Shown: positions 32,403 through 42,010 of the stretch, piece after piece
Layout: the number at the start of each line of letters is the position of its first letter
Position numbering within the stretch: position 1 is the first letter of the stretch
NCBI GenBank assembly: GCA_002269645.1
Contig: NIVC01004559.1
Span: 1 to 42,010 of the forward strand
Origin: Macrostomum lignano
Lineage: Eukaryota
Reading direction: 5' to 3'
Length of the DNA stretch: 42,010 nucleotides
Translations under genes and position numbers: made by a program
The notes under the pieces: generated by a model
What the model saw: the letters and a program-made list of their open reading frames with translations, nothing else
Told to the model about the DNA's origin: nothing
The model's database searches: none

Positions 32403-35319
32403 CTTTTGAACTATTCAATAGATTTTCATTCCTTATATGTCATTTTTAAGATTTTTTCTTATAGATTGTTTTGCCTTAGGCCTAGTGCTTTGCAAAATAA
32501 AACTAATCTTTTTTATTCACAAAACAATAATATACTATATATGGAATTTTAATCCTTATACCATAATTAAGCCACTTTTGTCCTTATATAGATCATCCAA
32601 ATATAACACCAAGCTAATCCAGCTGGCTGGCAAGGGGCCTAGCCAAGGTAAGCTACAAAAATGCATATTCAAAACATTTTAAAGTAGTAGGCCTAGGCCT
32701 AATTAGCTGACAAGGCATTTAGCCCTTATAATACAGTTAAGTTATTCCTGCCATTTACCTAAACATTATATTAACTTTGCATATGCTTCTTTCAATTTCA
32801 TAGTTAAGTTGCTTTTTCAATAAAAAAGTAAGTTGTATCATATTGCCAGTGTATTTATGTATATACATGCTTATATGCACATATAATATCCAATGCAATG
32901 AAACTTGATAGTAAAATCAAAATCAATTTGACTAATAAGATGATAAGTCACTTTCCTATAAAACAGTAGTAATAGTTACTCCTGCTGTTTACCCAAAACA
33001 TTGGTGCCATTCTAGAGTTACCGGAAAAGCTGGCAATGAGATCATTGTTTTGTTTTGTTTGTTTGCCAGTTTAGATAATAAAGCAGAAGAAAAAACACCA
33101 TCAATGCATATTTGTAAAAATTGCACAAAATTTTTTATTTTAAATAGAAGTTTACATGTATTTTGGCTCCAACTTTGAATTGCTATTGTGTAAATGCAGG
33201 AATACATATAAACAAGCAGTTTTCTACATTGGAAACTATGTGGCTAATATAATAGAAAACATTATTCAAAAGTTCCATTGATAGTTTTTTTAGGACAAAA
33301 ACTCAAAAACAAAATTTTGCTAGCCTTTTAAAGGGGTATATGGGGTATTGTGTTATATTCCTTTAATTTTGCAATGATTTTAAATTTTCTAGAAGCATAT
33401 GTTTTCCTATTTTTCAGCTTCATTTTATAAATTAAATACAAAATGTATTAAGTTTGACAAAGTGTAACTTTTTTATATTTGCACAATTCAATCAGTTAGT
33501 TGTTTTTATCCATTTTCCTACCTTGTATATAGCTCACAGAACTTGCTACCCAATGTATCACTTTTTGGTTTTTTATCTAAGATTAAGAAAGCCTAAAAAG
33601 TTGTTTTTTCCTAGGGTTCAGAGACAATAAAAAATAGACCCTAATCCTTTATATTAGAAAAAGGGCACTTGTTATTTGAACAGTGCAGTGTAAATAGTAG
33701 TTTGTTATTTATGCAATAACTAAAATAAAACAAATAGTAGACATAGTTTTATATACTATTCTATATATTGTACTTTAAAATTATAATAATAGCTATAGTC
33801 TAGTTACATTTAACTACAAATCTATCCTTTTGAAACTAAATAAGTTGCATTCTTGATTTCTTGTTTGCTTCTTTTGAAATACCCTTTGTACTAGGAACCA
33901 AATAAAGGGTGATATTCAAAAGGGCAATAGTCATAGTATATTATTTATTGGACAATTGATCTGTTGCCCTTTTGACCTGTAACCTTTTATACTTTATATT
34001 ATTAATAGTACAAGCTAATAAAAGGGCTAAGCTATAAAAACATCAATCATGCATAAACTCAATTAATCAACTTGTATTAGTTTAAAATGCATTATGAAAA
34101 TAAAATAAAATAAAACTTTTGTTACTTTCTACTAGCTTGTTAATTTACTATAAGTCTATTGTCAAGCTTCTACTACATTTTAGTTTGTAACTTTTGTTTC
34201 CATTGTCTGATTTTATAGATGTTAAAGTTAATGTTAAGAAGAAAGTTGCTGCTATAAAATTGTGTAAAATGATGTTTTTGGATTATTAAAATGAGAGATA
34301 TAATAAAAGTAGCACCACTTTTGGGACAGCCCTTGTAGATAAGATTAATTAAGATTTTTAGTATAGCTATATACTGAATAACTTTTATAGGAGTTAAATA
34401 TTAATTTGTATCTCTATCTACATTATATCTGCATTGTATTTCTTATCTAATCTCTAGATAATACTACTTATCTATAAACAAAATAGTTGTGCAGAATTTT
34501 GCTAATTTTATAGGTTAAAAGCTTTGAACAATCTAAGAAGTAAGGTAAAAACATTAGTATTTGAAGTTTTGATTTTTTAAATTTATTATTAATGCTACCT
34601 ATTAGTATCTTGGGCTTTTAGTGCTATTCAATAAAAGTAACAGTAATTGGTCTTTTTGTTTTTAATTTACTGATCTCTTCTGCTCTAAAGCTGTTTTATA
34701 GCAAATAATCAGCAAATAAGCAGCAGCCCTCCCTCTAATGCAATATGCCAATTTGCAGTGGCATTAACCCTGTATCCTTGTAATGTCTTGTAATGCCTTG
34801 TAATCTTTCCATGTCTGAAATCTGCTAATAATCATTGAGTCATTATAGTTAATTTTCATCTCAGCTATTCGGTTGTTGATGAGCATATTACTCATGCACA
34901 TGACTGAGCTTTTGTCTAACAGCCAGGCAATGTATTTGTCAATAAAAAACATGAGTCTGTCATTCATTTGACGCATAGAGTGAAGGGTAAGATAATGATA
35001 GCGCTGGAGCTGTGTGCACAACTGGTTTTCGTCTAGCCCGATTGGCTAGTGCTATTTTTAGCATCGGAAAAATAACAGGAGGCCAGAGGCTATAATTACT
35101 GCGCATACATCATATATAACTGACAGCTTGTGGGGTGTTTGCTTTGCTTTTATAATCCAGGCGCTGTTTCTCGGATCGTTGCGCAATCGTCTCAATAATA
35201 ATAAGAATAATAATTTAGGCACACTTGACCCCTCTTGACCTCCCATTCGAGGCCGCACGCAAGGCAGTATTTAGCTTATATATGAGCTGCTCACCTTGCA
35301 GCCCGCGACCCGCTCATCC

Positions 35320-38300
35320 ATGAAGGTGTACTGCATAGCCTGCCAGAAGCGCTGCAAAGGCGAGGTGCTCCGAGTGCAGGAGAAGTACATGCACCGCGAC
35401 TGCTTCAAGTGCGCCGCCTGCTCGGTGGGCCTGGAGAAGGGCGGCTTCTTTGTGCGCGAGGCCAAGTTCTACTGCCCGGACGACTATCAGAAACTGTTCG
35501 GCGTCCGCTGCCGCATCTGCACCGAGTACGTCACCGGGGAGGTGATCACCGCCCTCGGCAGCACCTTCCACCCCCGCTGCTTCAAGTGCCAGTCCTGCGA
35601 CAGCCCGTTCGCGCCTGGCGACCGCGTCACCCAGTGGTCCAACCAGCTCTACCTGTGCAAGGCCTGCTCCCAGCGCACCGGCCGCGCAGCCTCCAGCGTT
35701 TCCAATGGCAACGGGCATCACCAGCGGGCGCTGGACTCGGATTCCACAGTGGCCGGGGGCGCCAGCAGCAGCACGCCGCTGTCCAGAGCCTATCCTCAGC
35801 ACCTGGCCTATCAGCAGCACCAGCACAGCCCCACCAGCTTCTCCTGCCCGTCCGAGTCCGGCCTCGGCGACCGCGGCGGCGGCAGCAGCAGCATCATCGG
35901 CGGCAGCGGCAGCGTTGTTCACCGCCGCTTCCCCAGCGGCTTCGGGTCGCACCTGCTGGCCAGGTCCTACCTGAGCATGGAGCAGGAGACAGAGCAGCGG
36001 ACTCACCCGAACGACCGGTACAGGCGGACCACCAGCCCGTCCGTGTGCGGCTCCGTGACCGGCAGCGGCGCCCCCAGCCCGCAGCATTTCCACCTGCCGC
36101 CCAGCCGCGTGTCCCGCCAGGCCAGCCTGGCCTCTCGCAGCACCCACCCCGGCTCCGTGGCCGCCGGCGGCAGCGGCAGACGGACGCCGAGGTCTCTGTC
36201 GCCGTCGCCAGGAGACGACCCGCTGCTGCTGAGCCTGTATCCGGGCGGCTCCAAGCCCGACCTGAGCAGGCCGGCCCCGATCGAGCGGGACAACTGGCCG
36301 GCTCCCGCCTTCTCCAGCCTGCTGCTGGCCGAGCTGGGCAGGCGCCACCGCGGCGACGAGGACGACAGCATCGACGGGTCGAACGGGTTCCATGCTCAGC
36401 GGGAGACTCAGGAGCTTGAGCAGCAGCAGCGGCGGCAGCAGCAGCAGCGGCCAAGGCGGAGCAAACTCGAACAGGAACTGGCCGACGGCAAGATTGAAGT
36501 TGGCGGACTGGGCGCCGCCCTGCTACTTGGTGAGTGTCTTGCTTATTGGGTGCATCTGACTGTCATTGATCTGCTCATTGGGTGCATCTGACTGGTCATT
36601 GATCTGCTCATTCGGTACATCTGACCTGGTCATTGCTCTGCTCATTGGGTACATCTGACCTGGTCATTGCTCTGCTCATTGGGTACATCTGACTGGTCAT
36701 TGCTCTGCTCATTGAGAACATCTGACTGGTCATTGCTCTGCTCATTGAGAACATCTGACTGGTCATTGCTCTGCTCATTGAGAACATCTGACTGGTCATT
36801 GCTCTGCTCATTGGGTACATCTGACTGGTCATTGCTCTGCTCATTGGGTACATCTGACTGGTCATTGCTCTGCTCATTAGGTACATCTGACTGGTCATTT
36901 TTAATGGGTCTATATGGTTCTGAGTATATCTGGTCATTGCTAATTGGGTCTATATGATTCTATAAGTATCTGGTCATTGTCCATCATGTCTGTCTTCCTG
37001 TCTGCTCATCTACTTGGTCATTGCTCATTGGATCTACCTGGTCAAGCTGCCATTAGGCGAATCGTGTATTATCTGGTCATCGCCTTTAATAAAGTTATGC
37101 TTAAAATAATCACTCTTTGTCTCGCAAGTGGTTGTCACTTAAATTCGTTGCACTGGCGCCGCCCCCTGTCCCAACACCCTGGCCCTGCAATATTTGGCAC
37201 TCTCTCCCTCAGTCCCCCAGTCTGCTTGTTCGGGCAAGCCGCGGTCATGCTGGCGCACTTCATGCTATTAGTGAGAGAGGAGACAGTCGGTCGGTGTGTG
37301 CAAGAGTGAATTTATTCTCGAAATGCCTGGCATTCACCCTGCTTGTTTTACCGCTTAATATGGCATGAGTAGGAGTGGCGTCCCCTGTTGTTTCTGGTTT
37401 AGGAATTTTATTTGCCTTCGTGTTATGGGGCTTGTTTGACCTCAGTTTCTGTTCTTATGACCTGTGCTGGTAGCACTGGTAGCAGCGGCCCAGAATGGAG
37501 GACCCTAGGGTTGTAGCAGCGGCCCAGAATAGAGGACCCTGGAATTGTAGCAGCGGCCCAGAATGGACGACCCTGGGGTAGCAGCGGCCCGGAATGGAGG
37601 ACCCGGGGTGTAGCAGCGGCCCAGAATGGAGGACCCTGGGGGTAGCAGCGGCCCAGAATGGAGGACCCTGGGGGTAGCAGCGGCCCAGAATGGAGGACCC
37701 TGGGGGTTGCAGCGGCCCAGAATGGAGGACCCTGGGGGTAGCAGCGGCCCAGAATGGAGGTCCCTGGGGGTTGCAGCGGCCCGGAATGGACGACCCTGGG
37801 GGTAGCAGCGGCCCAGAATGGAGGACCCCGGGGGGGTAGCAGCGGCCCAGAATGGAGGACCCTGGGGGTAGCAGCGGCCCAGAATGGAGGACCCTGGGGG
37901 TAGCAGCGGCCCAGAATGGAGGACCCTGGGGGTAGCAGCGGCCCAGAATGGAGGACCCCGGGGGGTAGCAGCGGCCCAGAATGGAGGACCCTGGGGGTAG
38001 CAGCGGCCCAGAATGGAGGACCCTGGGGGTAGCAGCGGCCCAGAATGGAGGACCCTGGGGGTAGCAGCGGCCCAGAATGGAGGACCCTGGGGGTTGCAGC
38101 GGCCCAGAATGGAGGACCCTGGGGGTTGCAGCGGCCCAGAATGGAGGACCTAATAGCTAAAAGCCTTAAGCTTTGGCAGCGGTCCAAAAGCGCGGGACAT
38201 TGCAGCTGCAGTGGCCCAGAAGTCCTTGCCAGCAAAGAGAAAATTAGCATCCAGATATGCCAGACGGAACTGCATATGCTAATGTAATTTTTAAAAATAA

Positions 38301-39562
38301 TTCGGTATTTTTCAAAACAAGCAAATATGCTAATTAGTAGGTCTATATACCTGCTAGGGGCTTGCTTTCCTTTTGCGCACTAAGTGAGCTTGAGTTCTGC
38401 CTTTTTTGTTATTTTTCCGTGTCTTTCTGGCCGGCGTGCTTTTTTGGTGGGAAGTCTGCTTTCGAGGCCAAGCAGGTGTGGGCAAAGTTCAGTTGCTGAG
38501 CGAGCACCGACTTGGCTCGAATTTCGAATGTTTTTTGTTTGTGTGCGCTCCGCCACGTGGCTCCCGGCCTGGATTTGGTCGGGAAAAAAGTTTTTTATGA
38601 AGAATTTTTGACTCTCTAAATGAAAAAAAAAATTTCGCACACATCAAGCCGTCTCCACCTGCATACCCGCTGATCATAATTGGCGTTGCAGTTCAGAGGT
38701 AGCGAATTCCCTCTACTCGGATTCCGGCCAGTTCATAAATCTGGAATCCTTACTTTCTGATCCCATCTCACCAATCCTATCTCATCAATCCCCAATCCCA
38801 TCTCATCAGTCCCCAATCCCATCTCATCAATCCCCAATCCCATCTCATCAATCCCCAATCCCATCTCATCAATCCCCAATCCCATCTCATCTGTCATCAA
38901 TCCCATCTCATCAGTCCCCAATCCCATCTCATCAGTCCCCAATCCCATCTCATCAGTCCCCAATCCCATCTCACCAATCCCCAATCCCATCTCATCAATC
39001 CCATCTCATTAATCCCATCTCATTAATCCCATCTCATTAATCCCATCTCATTAATCCCATCTCATTAATCCCACTCCCCCCCCGCAGGCAACGGAGCCCA
39101 GGACGAGTCGGACGCGGACTCCATTCGGCAGCAGCACCGCGGCAGCGCGCCCGCATGCCGCTGGCCTTCGACCCGCCCAAGCGGAGCAGCAACGGCGACG
39201 GCAGCCTCGCCGGAGACGCCGAGGAGCTTCAGCAGCGGCAGCAGCACGGCAAGTCCGCCAGCCTGCCGCAGCAACGGAACCGCCGAGCGGCCGGCCGCAT
39301 GGAGGACCTCCTGGCCGCCTATCCGGACATTCTCGGACTGCGGCCAGCGCCGCTGAACCCGGGCCCGTCGCCGCCCAAGCTCTACCCGTACGAGGCGCTG
39401 CGCTGCCGGCCGCCGCCCAAGGACGCGGACCCGGCGCGGCTCGAGGAGCATCTGGACGAAGCCGAGTTCGCCAAGGTGTTTCGCGGCCTTCCCAAGCGGC
39501 AGTTCTGCCTGCTGCCGGAGTGGAAGAGAAACGATATGAAGAGAAAGGTGGGCCTGTTCTGA
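35320..39562 (+). CDS. ABLIM: Actin-binding LIM protein (abLIM/UNC-115-like); exons about 35302/35320-36529 and 39088-39562
   Basis: Two LIM domains (CIACQKRCKGEVLRVQEKYMHRDCFKCAAC...C and CRICTEYVTGEVITALGSTFHPRCFKCQSC...CKAC), the abLIM middle motifs HFHLPP, LYPGGSKP and IERDNWPAP, and a C-terminal villin headpiece (YPYEAL...DPARLEEHLDEAEFAKVF...LPEWKRNDMKRKVGLF*). Direct phase-1 splicing needs a one-base indel near 39148-39154, or an unseen small exon. Confidence 0.9.
36545..36900. repeat. 33-bp minisatellite at the start of the abLIM intron
   Basis: Unit CTGACTGGTCATTGCTCTGCTCATTGGGTACAT. Confidence 0.92.
37480..38150. repeat. 32-bp GC-rich minisatellite in the abLIM intron
   Basis: Unit GCAGCGGCCCAGAATGGAGGACCCTGGGGGTA. 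Confidence 0.95.
38760..39072. repeat. 21-bp then 14-bp related minisatellites abutting the abLIM acceptor
   Basis: Units AATCCCATCTCATCAATCCCC and TTAATCCCATCTCA. Confidence 0.9.
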
Positions 39563-41426
39563 GTCTGAGCTGAGGTGCCGGCTCTGATCTGCTTGCCTGG
39601 TGACAGCTCTTGGCCAAGTGCGCCCTCAAGCCCTGCTTCCGCTCTCCCCGTGCTTCCCCTTTTTTCCGCCCCCCAGTTCCCATCTTCCGCTCTCTACTTC
39701 CCCCGTTTTCCGCCCTCCAGTTCCCATCATCCGCTCTCCACTTCCTCCGTTTTCCCATATAATTTCGCAAAGCAGCTCAGAGCCCGCCGGGTGATTTTAT
39801 TTTCTCTCCAGATATTATTTACTGCTGCCTACTTCGTCACTCAAACTGTTAATCGTATTAATGATAGCTATAATAATCGCGGTATTACACTTTCTGCTTG
39901 TTCTGTTTCTGGCCTAACCGGTCTGTTTTACCCCAGACAGCTTCGGCCGCCGTCTCCCCGCCACATCTTGCTTTGATTAATGAATTGAAATTTTTAATTA
40001 CGCGCGTAAGGCATTGCAATTGTTAATTAGCTGTACTGCGGCGTGCAAATTCTGTGAAATCAATTTTTTGTGAAATTATTTACGAATACTGCAATAGTTC
40101 TTTTCTGCAACGCGTTTCTGCTTTTCAGTTTCAGTTTTTTTTTCGATTTTTTTAACAACAAGATTTGGGTTGGGTTGGAACTGGCTGATGTTCCAACCGC
40201 GCTTTCGTTGCTTTGGGGAGCGTCACCCCACTGCCCGTGTCTACTAACTCAAGTATACAAAATAGAGTTGATATACATGTGAAATGCACGCCTCAGATAT
40301 CACTTTACGGCCCCTGAATCGTTTCAGAGTTGCAGACAATAAAATGCTCAAATTAACTCTTTAGGCGACTCTTTCGACAACATTTTAGCGACTTGTACCG
40401 CGACATATTGTCGTTTTCACCGGGATCACCTGTGCTATTTTCTGCGTACATCGATGCTATTCAACTTTCATATTTAGCTTTTGTGCATTACTCCTTTTTT
40501 GAAGCAGGAAAAACTGAAAATAAAAAAATGTCTGTCAGTCTGTCTTTGGGAAACAGCTGCTTCTGCTCACCTGTGTGTTTGTTTGTTGTACACAGCGGGC
40601 CGCTAACCCCCCCCCCCCTGATAATTAGTGCTGTACAGCTCTGTCTGTCGCATGCCGTGCTTTTTTAATCTCATAATTAACGCCTCTTTGTACACCTGTC
40701 TGTTCACCTTGCTTGTATTAATTGGATATAGAACTTACATCGAGCACCTTTTGTCATTTTAACCCGGTCGCAGCATGGATATCTTCTGTTTGACCTGATT
40801 GAGTTTCACTAGACAGTTGCTGATTGCAAATATTAATTATAGTAATTCTATAATGAAAATGAGGATTGCATTGTTCTGTTGATTGTTTTTAAAATTCATC
40901 CTTTTTTGCTTAGATGTGCGATTTTTGTGCTTTGTATTGTTATTAATAATTTTTATCAATTTTTCCCTTCAGTTATGTAATCGTGGTGATTATGATTATT
41001 AATAATAATATGGCTAATAGTTGCTAACAAAGTTTTTATTGCTCGCCTCTCGCGATAGAAAGTTCATTTTGTACTTTGCATTAGCTTTATTACATTAGAT
41101 AGAAAAGAAAATAGATGCAGGTGCAATGGCTATAATTAGCTAATTAATTATTCGCACAATTAGTTGACTATGCGCAATGCGTTTTGCCTGACTGCGTTGC
41201 CTTTTATTCCCGTATGCGAATCAGCTTTGCTGCCTGCCAGGGTGCCAGCTTTGCAATAAACATCTACCTGTGACACCATCCTTTTTTGGGGCAATCAGTA
41301 TCATACTCATAATTAGAATAAATTATTGTCGATATTAACATCATATTTAAATATTTGTGCTTGCTACGGTAGCTAAACTTTTTTGGATGATTTTTTTTAT
41401 TGTTTCTTTCTTATGGTTGCTCATAG

Positions 41427-42010
41427 GGGATTCACACTCTGTTTCACCTGGTGTTCAGGTGGGTTTCACACTCTGTTTCACCTGCTGTTCAGGTGGGATT
41501 CACACTCTGTTTCACCTGGTGTTCAGGTGGGATTCACTCTGTTTCACCTGGTGTTCAGGTGGGATTCACTCTGTTTCACCTGGTGTTCAGGTGGGATTCA
41601 CTCTGTTTCACCTGGTGTTCAGGTGGGATTCACACTCTGTTTCACCTGCTGTTCAGGTGGGATTCACACTCTGTTTCACCTGGTGTTCAGGTGGGATTCA
41701 CACTCTGTTTACCTGATGTTCAGGTGGGATTCACTCTGTTTCACCTGTGTTCAGGTGGGATTCACTCTGTTTCACCTGTGTTCAGGTTGGGATTCACTCT
41801 GTTTCACCTGGTGTTCAGGTGGGATTCACTCTGTTTCACCTGGTTTCAGGTGGGATTCACTCTGTTTCACCTGTGTTCAGGTGGGATTCACTCTGTTTCA
41901 CCTGGTGTTCAGGGGATTCACACTCTGTTTCACCTGGTGTTCAGGACGGATTCACACTCTGTTTCACCTGGTGTTCAGGTGGGATTCACTCTGTTTCACC
42001 TGGTGTTCAG
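41427..42010. repeat. 32-34-bp minisatellite with internal inverted E-boxes; runs off the window edge
   Basis: Unit GGGATTCA(CA)CTCTGTTTCACCTGGTGTTCAGGT. Confidence 0.95.

Noticed and set aside
35314-36454. Antisense and alternative-frame ORFs (359, 336 and 186 aa) over abLIM exon 1
   Set aside because: Shadow frames from high GC3; the LIM frame explains the sequence.
38384-38640. GC-richer island in the abLIM intron with small ORFs
   Set aside because: No splice-compatible abLIM motif (the usual DPRxASRTPS segment was not found) and no termini.

Overview
Eukaryotic (animal) genomic DNA with GT-AG spliced genes, GC-rich exons, minimal introns of about 80-95 bp and a very heavy minisatellite load. 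This resembles a macrostomid flatworm such as Macrostomum, but the species call is inference only. Genes I can reconstruct: an RXR/USP nuclear receptor (minus strand, 3 coding exons, about 388 aa), a PPM1H/J/M-type PP2C phosphatase (minus, 9 exons, about 521 aa), an abLIM/UNC-115-like LIM plus villin-headpiece protein (plus, 2 coding exons), a damaged fibrinogen-related (FReD) gene (plus) and a broken F-type-lectin-like exon set (minus). Mobile DNA: the 3' end and LTR of a Gypsy element, a LINE relic, a foldback/MULE-like element with a 9-bp TSD carrying a Tc1/IS630-like transposase fragment, three hAT-type MITEs with 8-bp TSDs, an internally deleted Merlin element, a mariner relic, a Helitron-like 5' end and a fossil BEN-domain-like ORF inside a CpG-depleted block. 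Almost all long ORFs in the supplied track over 6.5-10.2, 15.2-23.6 and 36.6-39.1 kb are artefacts of tandem repeats. Several single-base indels in coding sequence may be long-read homopolymer errors. No prokaryotic-type system, CRISPR array or structural RNA gene is supported.
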